Shown here piece by piece: positions 8,691 to 16,504 of a DNA stretch of 32,000 nt; the stretch's first letter is position 1; every line of letters begins with the position of its first letter. The notes under the pieces were generated by a model that saw only the letters and a list, made by a program, of their open reading frames with translations, was not told the DNA's origin and made no database searches. Where the stretch lies: contig CAYZRF010000005.1 of assembly GCA_964480775.1 (NCBI GenBank), positions 56,593-88,592 on the forward strand. The letters run 5' to 3'. A program made the translations under genes and the position numbers. The DNA is from an uncultured Nitrososphaerota archaeon. Its GTDB lineage: Archaea > Korarchaeota > Korarchaeia > Korarchaeales > Korarchaeaceae.

Positions 8691-9446
8691 ATGGAAAGAA
8701 GACTCTGGTTGCTTAGTTGGAAGGAACTTAAAGATGTTAGAAGGAAAATCAAGTTTGTCGTTCTACCAATAGGAGTCGTAGAGGCTCATGGTCCGCACTT
8801 ACCATTGGGAACAGACTTTATGATCCCTCTATATCTCTCTGATAAATTAGTTGAGAGACTAAATGGTTTAATTGCGCCAGCAATTCCATATGGTGTTACA
8901 ACATCTTTAACGGGTTTTCCAGGCCATCTCTCCGTTGAACCTGAAACTCTGAAAAAACTGGTATTTCAAACGTTAAGATCGTTAAAGATAAGTGGGTTTG
9001 ATAAAATAGTTGTGTTAAATGGACATGGTGGTTCAGAGCATGTGAAAGCTATTGTTGAAGCACTTAAACAGGCATGGCTTGAGTTGGGAGTGAGAACTTT
9101 GCTTGTAAATTGGTGGTCCTACGCTGCCAAGAAGTCAAAGGAGATCTTGGGCTCAATAGGAGGACATGCGGGAACAGAAGAAACAGCGATGATTATGGCA
9201 ATAAAGGAGGATCTCGTGAAGAAGAAGCTGTTCGACAAGTCTCAAATATTCCTAATCGAAAAAGGAATAGAAGCATTTCCCTTACCGGGCTCTATTCTAA
9301 TATACGACCCTGAGGACAAAGCAGAAATTCCTCCTATTGAAGGATGCGTGAGATTCGCAAAAGAAGTTGTCGATATGATAGCTGACCTGATTGAAAGGAC
9401 CTTGAAAGGATGGGAGGTTCAAACATCCGATAAGGAACTTAAATAA
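8691..9446 (+). CDS. Creatininase-family amidohydrolase (ArfB / creatinine amidohydrolase-like)
   Basis: 251 aa with the family signature VLPIGVVEAHGPHLPLGTD and a downstream NGHGG. The gene starts 1 nt after the GTPase stop. Confidence 0.75.
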   Translation: MERRLWLLSWKELKDVRRKIKFVVLPIGVVEAHGPHLPLGTDFMIPLYLSDKLVERLNGLIAPAIPYGVTTSLTGFPGHLSVEPETLKKLVFQTLRSLKISGFDKIVVLNGHGGSEHVKAIVEALKQAWLELGVRTLLVNWWSYAAKKSKEILGSIGGHAGTEETAMIMAIKEDLVKKKLFDKSQIFLIEKGIEAFPLPGSILIYDPEDKAEIPPIEGCVRFAKEVVDMIADLIERTLKGWEVQTSDKELK

Positions 9447-9469
9447 CCCTTAGAGACTATTAATCAAAG

Positions 9470-10849
9470 ATGAAAAGAGCCAAGATAATAGCAACCCTAG
9501 GTCCTGCATGTGAAAGCCTTGAAACCATTGTCATGATGCTAAAGGAAGGGGTAGACGCTTTCAGGATAAACTTCGCCCATGGCGAAATTCATTATTGGAA
9601 TGAGCTTATAAAGCAGGCCAGAAGGGCTTCTACCATAGTACACAAGAGAATAGCGTTGATAGGTGACCTTTCTGGACCCACCGTAAGGTTAGGTAAGTTT
9701 GAAGATGTAAGTGTGGAAAAAGGAGAAGAGATCACCTTCTTCTTATCTAAAGAGAGTAAAGAGGCTAAGAAGATACCAATCGCTGAGGAAAAAGTTTTCT
9801 CTGTCATTTCTGAAGGGGATGTCTTGCTCATTGACGAGGGCAGAATAAGGCTCGTAGTCAAGGAGACAAGAACGAAGGAGTTTAAAGCTCTCGCATTAAA
9901 CTCTGGAGTAATAAAACCAGAAAAGAACATAGCAATTAGGAACAAAACCATACCTCTACCACCGCTCTCGAACAAAGACGTAACAAACGTGGAGTTTGCG
10001 GTCCAACACGACATGGACTATGTTGGAATGAGTTTTGTAAGGACAGGTCAGGACATTTCTATGTTAAGACGGCTCTTGGATGAGATTGGAGGGAAAGACT
10101 TGGGAATTATAGCAAAAATAGAGACAAAAGATGCAGTGGACAACATTTCGGATATAACTGAACAAGCCGACGCAATATTGGTTGCAAGAGGCGATTTAGG
10201 ACTTCATTACGACCTAGAAATGATACCGAGAATTCAACGGGGAATTATCAGCGAGTCTTTACGAAAAGGAAAGCCTTCTGTGGTTGCCACTCAACTATTG
10301 GAGTCGATGATAGAACACCCTTCTCCAACGAGGAGCGAGGTCGTTGACATAATGTCTGCTATTATAGATGGCGCAGACGCTCTTATGTTGGCTAGTGAGA
10401 CAGCAATAGGAAGATATCCAGTAGAGGCTGTCAGGTGGATGAGGCGCATAATTGAAGCCGCCGAAAAAGAACTTAAGCTACCAGAGATAAAGCCCGAAGC
10501 AAAAACGATTTATGATAGATTCGCAAGAGGAATTGCTCTTCTTGCTGATAGCCTAGAAGCTAAAATCATGATTTTCACAAGAACTGGAGCTACGGCTAGG
10601 AGAATGTCGGCCCAAAGACCTCTTTCGATTATTTATGCAGCATCAAATGATGAAAAAGTATCCAACAAGCTGGCTATTTACTGGGGAGTGTTTCCCTACA
10701 CTCTTAAAGTGGGAGATAAGGAGGATCCTATCCAAAATTTCATAGATAAGTTGAAATCAGAAGCAAAACTATCCTTCGGCGATGTTGTTGTATTCACCTA
10801 TGGATTGAGGAGAGGGGCAACAGATATAGTTAGAATAATGGAGGTTTAG
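9470..10849 (+). CDS. pyk: Pyruvate kinase
   Basis: 459 aa. Conserved blocks are KIIATLGPA, FRINFAHG, IIAKIETKDAV, ILVARGDLG and MLASETAIGRYPVEAV. Confidence 0.9.
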   Translation: MKRAKIIATLGPACESLETIVMMLKEGVDAFRINFAHGEIHYWNELIKQARRASTIVHKRIALIGDLSGPTVRLGKFEDVSVEKGEEITFFLSKESKEAKKIPIAEEKVFSVISEGDVLLIDEGRIRLVVKETRTKEFKALALNSGVIKPEKNIAIRNKTIPLPPLSNKDVTNVEFAVQHDMDYVGMSFVRTGQDISMLRRLLDEIGGKDLGIIAKIETKDAVDNISDITEQADAILVARGDLGLHYDLEMIPRIQRGIISESLRKGKPSVVATQLLESMIEHPSPTRSEVVDIMSAIIDGADALMLASETAIGRYPVEAVRWMRRIIEAAEKELKLPEIKPEAKTIYDRFARGIALLADSLEAKIMIFTRTGATARRMSAQRPLSIIYAASNDEKVSNKLAIYWGVFPYTLKVGDKEDPIQNFIDKLKSEAKLSFGDVVVFTYGLRRGATDIVRIMEV

Positions 10850-11674
10850 TGATCTAGTCATTATTGCTTTAGCTATATGGAAAAAATAGACTTAACTTTC
10901 AATAGATTAGTATTAACTGTTAGATTCCTCCTCCTCTTATTGACTTATCTCTTCGAACACAATAAAATCAAAGAACCCGACAGACACAAAATAAATGAAC
11001 TTTTAAAAATACAGGAATTAAACCAAAGCAATAGTTAATAAATATCTTAAAACCGCTGATTACCTTTCATTATTATAATCTTTTTCTTGAAAATTCAATA
11101 AAACCCCCTGTAGACGCAGAACCGTGTACATGTCATGAGATACTCTCATGATTTTACTATGCTATTGACTTCCTTCAAGCGATAAGTACTCCTTTTGTAT
11201 AGCTCTGAAGAGTCTTCAGCTGAAGTCATCTGTTTTTGAGAGGAATTGTTATTTCATTTTCAGGAAATGAAAGTTAAATTAAAATTATTGAAATCAGTTC
11301 TTATCGCCCACTTCTTAGTAATTGACAAAATGCAAAATCGGATTAAAATAATGTCTTATTATGGCTACTATATTCATAAGCCATTGACCCTTTTGTTGGT
11401 ATAGATTCTGATATGATGGAACAGATGGAACAACTTGAATCAGCTAATCTTCTATGAATTTATGGAAAATAAACTAATTCGATAAATATGTACAAATAAA
11501 CTTCATGAATTATTGATATGTTAATTTTTGGGTCTATCACAATTAATCTGTTAATAAAACTTAAAAATTGAAATATGCTTCCCTAGTCAAGTATACATAT
11601 GTCTGTTCTAAGAAGGTATTGTCATCTGTCAGATGCTGCTTGATCTTGACAATCAAACAAGAACTAAAGGGAAA

Positions 11675-11686
11675 AACTTATATTTG
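11675..11686 (+). promoter_or_regulatory. Candidate TATA box for the histone gene
   Basis: AACTTATATTTG lies about 60-70 nt upstream of ATG 11746. This would place the transcription start near 11706-11710, at the foot of the palindrome 11704-11727. An SD GGAGGG sits at 11731-11736. Confidence 0.4.
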
Positions 11687-11745
11687 GGATATGATAAAAA
11701 AACATAACCCCATTTCAAATGGGTTATTAAGGAGGGATATGATAT

Positions 11746-11976
11746 ATGCCATCCAAACCAGTCAGGTTCCTGCCTCTAGCTCCGATATATAGGATGATCA
11801 AAGAGGCTGGTGCAGAGAGGGTCAGCAACGCTGCTAGGAGCACTCTTGCCTACCACATGGAGAAGTTCGGCATGAGGGTGGCCAAGCAGGCCGTTGACAT
11901 GGCCCATCACGCCAGAAGAAAGACCGTTACCGACAGAGACATCGAGCTCGCAGTAGAGGCAATCTTGGGCAGGTAA
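11746..11976 (+). CDS. Archaeal histone (HMf family, single histone fold)
   Basis: 76 aa. LPLAPIYRMIKEAGAERVSNAARSTLAYHMEKFGMRVAKQAVDMAHHARRKTVTDRDIELAV is a textbook archaeal histone fold. A strong SD GGAGGG lies upstream. Confidence 0.9.
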   Translation: MPSKPVRFLPLAPIYRMIKEAGAERVSNAARSTLAYHMEKFGMRVAKQAVDMAHHARRKTVTDRDIELAVEAILGR

Positions 11977-11990
11977 ACTCTGCCCTCCTC

Positions 11991-12008
11991 TTTTCTTTTT
12001 TTAATTTT
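11991..12008 (+). terminator. Oligo-T archaeal terminator after the histone gene
   Basis: TTTTCTTTTTTTAATTTT begins 15 nt after the TAA stop. Confidence 0.5.
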
Positions 12009-12080
12009 GATATGTTTAGCCCTGTTGCTGATCAATAATGATTTACTATTTAACTCATTCTTTAAGTTAAAAATAGAGAG

Positions 12081-12206
12081 CGGGCCCGGCGGGACTCGAA
12101 CCCGCGACCACCGGCTTTCCACAAGTTTCGATGTTCTAGATTGATTAGAGATAGATATCTGAGCTTTCCGAAGGCCGGCGCTCTAATCCTCCTGAGCTAC
12201 GGGCCC
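12081..12206 (-). tRNA. tRNA-Arg (anticodon UCG) with a 51-nt intron at the canonical 37/38 position
   Basis: Hand-folded on the minus strand. Acceptor is GGGCCCG/CGGGCCC, D stem GCUC/GAGC, anticodon stem CCGGC/GCCGG, loop CUUCGG|intron|A, T arm GCGGG-UUCGAGU-CCCGC, discriminator G. The intron is plus-strand 12117-12167. The mature length is 75 nt and no CCA is encoded. Confidence 0.85.
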
Positions 12207-12227
12207 AATAGCATAACTTTCTTTAGG

Positions 12228-12243
12228 CTATTATATTTTTACC
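12228..12243 (-). promoter_or_regulatory. BRE/TATA promoter of tRNA-Arg
   Basis: The minus strand reads GGTAAAAATATAATAG, centred about 29 nt upstream of the tRNA 5' end at 12206. Confidence 0.55.
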
Positions 12244-12658
12244 AAGAGTTTTACTTCCCTAATTTCTATGATCAAAAGCATTTATGGAGAGCAAAGTCAC
12301 ATCATTAAGATCTCAAAAAATACCACCATAAAGAAGCGCGTTAAATCACTTGTTTGATCCTGTTTCTGTAGCCCTACAAGTTCTTGGAGTCGACAGATAA
12401 ACACCACTTCCCACAATCTATAGGATCTATAGTACTTTTCACAATTCTTTAGGGTCTGGGACTGATATAAGCTCCTCTTCATCATAGAGAAAGAATGAAT
12501 AAAATATAGATGACCTTTCAAAGATCTTTGCTATCACAAAAGAGGATCCAAAATCGAGAATCTGTTGTCGTAGAGCGGATATTGGTCCTGATTTGAGAAT
12601 GAAATCAACTTCATACATGCTCGTACGCTTTAATTATCAGCCTCACACTAAATTGATA

Positions 12659-13462
12659 ATGCCACCAAAATTAGGTTTCATGAATAATCCTCTAAACAAG
12701 GTACTGGATGAAATAGAAAAAGGTCTTCGGATGGGTTTTGATTACATTGAATTGACTGTAGAATGGCCTCTTGCAAGTGTAGAAATCCTTGAAGAGAATA
12801 AAACTGAACTAAGAAATTCATTAGCCTCTTTTAACAGGCCACCCCTAATTCATGCCCCTTGGTATCTGGAAATCGCATCTCCATATGAGGACGTGAGAAT
12901 TGGGGCGTTAAAAGAAGCAAAGAAAATAATGAAACTGGCTAAGGAAATCGAAGCCCCGCTAGTAACTTTTCATCCTTTCTCGCCAAAGTGGTTTTCAGTA
13001 TTGAAAGAAGATGCGAAAAAGCTCAATTTAGAGGCCTTCATCAGGCTTGTTGAGCTTGGGAAAGAAAACAACATGATTGTATGTATCGAAAACACAGATA
13101 TCGGGGCTTTCACCTCTATATCCTCCATGAACTTCATATTCTCAAACATTCCTGAGCTTAGGTTGACTTTAGATCTTGGACATGCCTGGCTTGGGGGATC
13201 CGAGAAACTTAAAGCGTACATAAGACACCTTGAACGAAAAATAACACACATTCATGCTCATGATAATAACGGTCAGCAAGACATGCATCTTCCAATTGGA
13301 GCGGGGAAACTTGACTGGGATCTGTCACTAGGACTTCTCAAGTTTCTAGACTACAACGGAACGGTTACGCTGGAGCCTCATGTTAATGATCCAGCATATC
13401 TCTCTTATTCTAAGGAAAGATTCTTGGAGTATTGGAATAGAGCCAAAGAGTTAGAACCATAG
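12659..13462 (+). CDS. Xylose isomerase-like TIM-barrel protein (sugar phosphate isomerase/epimerase, AP endonuclease 2 family)
   Basis: The pattern GFDYIEL...HAPW...VTFHP...ENT...LDLGHA...HIHAHDN...LEP is typical of the family. I prefer the ATG at 12659 (MPPKLGF). The ORF-track start at 12593 adds an implausible N-terminal extension. Confidence 0.7.
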   Translation: MPPKLGFMNNPLNKVLDEIEKGLRMGFDYIELTVEWPLASVEILEENKTELRNSLASFNRPPLIHAPWYLEIASPYEDVRIGALKEAKKIMKLAKEIEAPLVTFHPFSPKWFSVLKEDAKKLNLEAFIRLVELGKENNMIVCIENTDIGAFTSISSMNFIFSNIPELRLTLDLGHAWLGGSEKLKAYIRHLERKITHIHAHDNNGQQDMHLPIGAGKLDWDLSLGLLKFLDYNGTVTLEPHVNDPAYLSYSKERFLEYWNRAKELEP

Positions 13463-13530
13463 AGCATAAAATTCGAAAAAAGTGCTCTTAAAAATAGATA
13501 ATCAGCATAACAGGTCTGATAACCCTTTAT

Positions 13531-14376
13531 ATGCTTCTATCTCTTAAGCCTAAAAGATTGAAATTAGTCGTTCTTGTTGCATCATCAAAGGACGCTGCTG
13601 CTAGAAACATGTATTCGTTAATAAAGAACGAGTTTGGCGACGAATTTAAAGTGGGTAACTGTGAAATCTTGCTTAGATTGTTGGAAAAGGAAGTTCTTTA
13701 CGTAAAAAGACTGAAAGATCTTAGGGCAGAGAAATCTAATGCCATAATCGTCCTCTCAAGGCATAGCGGAGCTCCTGGAGGACCGATAATAACTACTCAC
13801 GTTCCTGGAAATTTCGGACCTTCAATTTACGGAGGAGAACAGAGAAAGATAAGTATAGCGATGCCGTTCTTTATGAAGAACTTCTTAAAATTAGTACAGA
13901 AGAGAGCTTCAGAGATAGGTTATCCAGTTGCCTTGGAACCAACGCACCACGGTCCTTCACTGGACATCCCGATTGCTTTCGTTGAAGTAGGAAGCAATGA
14001 GGAAAATTGGAAGGATATTAGGGCCTGTAAATTAGTGGCTTTTTCGGTGATAAAAGCCCTTGGGATGGAAAAGGAGGCGAAATTCACCCCAACCATTGCT
14101 ATAGGGGGACCTCATCTGAATCCAAAATTTACAGAGATCGAACTAAATTCTAATTACGCAATCGGCCACTTCGTTAGAAAATTAGACACCAAATTTTTGG
14201 ATCTCGAGATGTTAAGAGAGGCCGTAAATAGAAACACAGCCGTAGCACAAGGAGCGATTTTGGATTGGAAGGGAATAAAAGGTGGAAAAAGAAGGGAGAT
14301 AGTGGAATTATTGAACAATCTTAATGTAAAAATCATCAAAGCAAAGAACGCTTTGAGAGGAGAGAGCCTTGCGTAA
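13531..14376 (+). CDS. dtdA: D-aminoacyl-tRNA deacylase, archaeal type (DtdA, PF04414-like)
   Basis: 281 aa. Conserved blocks are LVVLVASSKDAAARN, SRHSGAPGGPIITTHVPGNF, EPTHHGPS and FVEVGS. The start may instead be TTG 13558 (MKLVVLVASS). Confidence 0.7.
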   Translation: MLLSLKPKRLKLVVLVASSKDAAARNMYSLIKNEFGDEFKVGNCEILLRLLEKEVLYVKRLKDLRAEKSNAIIVLSRHSGAPGGPIITTHVPGNFGPSIYGGEQRKISIAMPFFMKNFLKLVQKRASEIGYPVALEPTHHGPSLDIPIAFVEVGSNEENWKDIRACKLVAFSVIKALGMEKEAKFTPTIAIGGPHLNPKFTEIELNSNYAIGHFVRKLDTKFLDLEMLREAVNRNTAVAQGAILDWKGIKGGKRREIVELLNNLNVKIIKAKNALRGESLA

Positions 14377-14722
14377 GGAGCATCCTAGGTACAAAACTCC
14401 TTTCTTCTTTGATAGAACAGTTCCAAGAGAACTATACTACAAAGTTCAAAAAAGACTTAACATATTAGGATACGGAGCTGTTTGGCAACCAAACTCAGCT
14501 ATGAGAGGAGTGAGGGATCTTGAAGAGATATGCAGATACTGCAGGGCTAGAGGAATAGGGATCATAGCAACCTTTTATCGAGACCTCAAATTACCAAAAA
14601 AGTTTGAAAGAGAACTTATCCTCATTCATCTAAGAGGAGGAAGACATAAAAGCGTTAATAAGATAATATCTCGCCTTTTTTCAGCTCTTCATTCAATTAA
14701 AACAGAAAATACACAGAAATGA
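14369..14722 (+). CDS. Small basic hypothetical protein with a possible Cas2/VapD-like ferredoxin fold
   Basis: 117 aa with a TTG start overlapping the dtdA stop by 8 nt. FFFDRTVPRELYYKVQKRLNILGYGAVWQPNS resembles the Cas2/VapD pattern (hYDI....R.kv.k.L...G..r.Q.SV). This similarity is a visual impression only. Confidence 0.45.
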   Translation: MRKEHPRYKTPFFFDRTVPRELYYKVQKRLNILGYGAVWQPNSAMRGVRDLEEICRYCRARGIGIIATFYRDLKLPKKFERELILIHLRGGRHKSVNKIISRLFSALHSIKTENTQK

Positions 14723-14833
14723 TTGTAAAGAAGTGTTTTAAAAGAAAAGTCCTCGCTTTCATGAAAGGGCGCCAAAGCAAAAGATTTAATATTTCAGAGA
14801 TCATCACTAGATGAAGGGAGGAACTGAGAGATC

Positions 14834-15145
14834 TTGCTCGGCCTTTCCTCCAATTCAAAGGAGGATTCAAATAAGAAAATTTCGATCACTCGTTTGGTGT
14901 TTGATGTAGTTAAACCCCACAAACCAGACATCGTTGAGTTATCAGAAGCCATTGCAAAGCTAAATGGTGTAAAAAGAGTGGATATAGATGTTAAGGACTA
15001 TGATTCTAATATCGAGAGACTAAGGCTTGTCACTGTAGGGGATAGTTTAGATCTAGACACAATTAAAGAAACCATAAGACGATATGGTGGTAACGTAGCC
15101 AGTCTAGACGGAGTGAGCACGCTAGGAGAACTAGAAGAGGAGTAA
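14834..15145 (+). CDS. DUF211 family protein
   Basis: 103 aa. ITRLVFDVVKPHKPDIVELSEAIAKLNGVKRVDIDV...IERLRLVTVGDSLDLDTIKETIRRYGG matches the DUF211 pattern. The start is TTG 14834, with GGGAGGA 11 nt upstream. Confidence 0.65.
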   Translation: MLGLSSNSKEDSNKKISITRLVFDVVKPHKPDIVELSEAIAKLNGVKRVDIDVKDYDSNIERLRLVTVGDSLDLDTIKETIRRYGGNVASLDGVSTLGELEEE

Positions 15146-15160
15146 AAATCCCCTCTTGGG

Positions 15161-16501
15161 ATGAGTGAATCAATGTTTAAGCCGAAAATATACCTTGAGA
15201 CCCATGGCTGTACAATGAATAGAGCCGACTCTGAAGCAATTCTTAAGATTCTAATGGAATTCGGCTTCGAGAAAACAAATTTCCCAGAAGAAGCTGATTT
15301 AATCGTACTAAACACATGTAACGTAAAGCAACCCACAGAGCAAAGAATGCTGAGTAGAGCCAAGGCACTGTCCTCGCTAAACAAACCTATTATAATAGCC
15401 GGTTGCATGGCAGCCACTCAACCAGCCCTTCTCAGGAGATACGCGGCCGCCCTAATAGGTCCCAAATCAATAGAAGTTATAGGCGATGTAGCGAAAAAAG
15501 TTCTGAAAGGAAAAAGAAGCATCGAAGTAGTAGAAGATCTTTCGTCTGACAAGGCCAAGATGGAAAGAATTCCTCTTTCCAAGGTTTCAGCGGTTATACC
15601 TGTGGCAGAAGGGTGCTTGGGACAATGTAGTTATTGTATAACAAGATTTGCTAGAGGAAGACTTAGGAGCTACCCGCCAGATTCTATCCTAAAGACGCTA
15701 AGGAGACGCGTCAACGAGGGATTTAAGGAGATTTACCTGACAGCCCAAGACTTAGGAGTTTACGGCTGGGACATCGGGACAAATATAGCCAAACTCCTTA
15801 TGACATTTAAAGGCATAGAAGGCGAATTTAGAGTGAGAGTAGGGATGATGAATCCCTACGGCGTAAGAACAATGGTTGATGAGCTTCTAGAGTCTTTTTC
15901 TGATACAAGAATTTACAAGTTCTTCCACATACCTGTCCAAAGCGGAAGTGACAGAGTGCTAAGGCTAATGAAAAGAAGTTATGGTGTTAAAGACTTCTTA
16001 GAAATTGTGAGATGCATAAGGGAAAGGTATCCAATCAGCACGATAGCTACGGATATAATTATTGGATTTCCAGGAGAGACCGAGGACGACTTTGAACAAA
16101 CTGTATCTTTAATCCGAGATGTGAAGCCCGAAGTTGTTAACATCAGTAAGTTCGGTCCTAGACCAGGCACCGAGGCGGCTGAAATGAAGAAACTTCCTAC
16201 AAAGATCATAAAAGAGAGGAGTAGGATTGTTAGCGAGCTATGTGCCGAAATGAAACTGAAAAGAAATGAACAACTCGTTGGAAACGAGTTCAACGTGCTA
16301 GTTACGGAAAAATACAAGGAGAAGGCTCAAGGAAGGACTGATTTCTACAGACCGGTCTTACTGGAGCAGAAGGTTGAGCTCGGAAGCTTCTACAGAGTAG
16401 AAATAGTTGATGCAAGGAGCAACTATCTAATTGGAAGGGTCATAGAGTTGCTGGCAAGGAAAGAAGTCAGAAGGCCCTGTTATGCTCCAAAAGAAGGGTA
16501 A
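15161..16501 (+). CDS. mtaB: tRNA t6A37 methylthiotransferase (MiaB-like, e-MtaB/CDKAL1 type radical SAM)
   Basis: 446 aa. The N-terminal MTTase domain has YLETHGCTMNRADSE, NTC and GC. The radical SAM motif is AEGCLGQCSYCITRFARG. A C-terminal TRAM-like domain is present. Confidence 0.8.
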   Translation: MSESMFKPKIYLETHGCTMNRADSEAILKILMEFGFEKTNFPEEADLIVLNTCNVKQPTEQRMLSRAKALSSLNKPIIIAGCMAATQPALLRRYAAALIGPKSIEVIGDVAKKVLKGKRSIEVVEDLSSDKAKMERIPLSKVSAVIPVAEGCLGQCSYCITRFARGRLRSYPPDSILKTLRRRVNEGFKEIYLTAQDLGVYGWDIGTNIAKLLMTFKGIEGEFRVRVGMMNPYGVRTMVDELLESFSDTRIYKFFHIPVQSGSDRVLRLMKRSYGVKDFLEIVRCIRERYPISTIATDIIIGFPGETEDDFEQTVSLIRDVKPEVVNISKFGPRPGTEAAEMKKLPTKIIKERSRIVSELCAEMKLKRNEQLVGNEFNVLVTEKYKEKAQGRTDFYRPVLLEQKVELGSFYRVEIVDARSNYLIGRVIELLARKEVRRPCYAPKEG

Positions 16502-16504
16502 TCA

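Noticed and set aside
9592-10014. 140-aa ORF antisense to pyruvate kinase. Similar antisense ORFs occur at 14998-15417, 15979-16317, 25257-25652, 25722-26060, 27871-28320, 30529-31206 and 31189-31524.
   Set aside because: All lie inside genes with strong family motifs on the opposite strand. They have skewed S/L/F-rich composition and no recognisable motifs, so they are typical shadow ORFs.
11415-11432. Tandem GATGGAACA repeat and other short repeats considered as a CRISPR or minisatellite
   Set aside because: There are only two 9-nt copies with no spacer architecture. None of the repeats in 10850-11745 has the 24-37 nt repeat/spacer periodicity of a CRISPR array.
11568-11792. 74-aa plus-strand ORF in the AT-rich spacer that overlaps the histone start
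   Set aside because: It is out of frame with the histone gene, has no SD, and has AT-driven K/I/L/Y composition. It would run across the histone promoter, SD and start.
11907-12122. 71-aa minus-strand ORF (MESRWSRVRVPPGPL...)
   Set aside because: It reads through the tRNA-Arg gene and the histone terminator. Its GC-rich N-terminus is simply the tRNA T-arm and acceptor translated.
12081-12206. tRNA-Arg as the attachment site of an integrated element
   Set aside because: No integrase gene, no duplicated copy of the tRNA 3' half and no viral or plasmid genes are visible anywhere in the window. Only the AT-rich flanks hint at this possibility.
12440-12490. Possible C/D box sRNA on the minus strand (AUGAUGA at 12479-12485)
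   Set aside because: No CUGA D' or D box and no C' box occur at the spacing required for an archaeal C/D RNA. The sequence 12 nt downstream of the C-like box is AUCA, not CUGA.
12297-12521. 74-aa minus-strand ORF between tRNA-Arg and the TIM-barrel gene
   Set aside because: It has a TTG start without an SD and odd composition ending in FFEILMM, with no motif. I cannot support it as a gene from the sequence alone. It is kept only as a caveat in the spacer finding.
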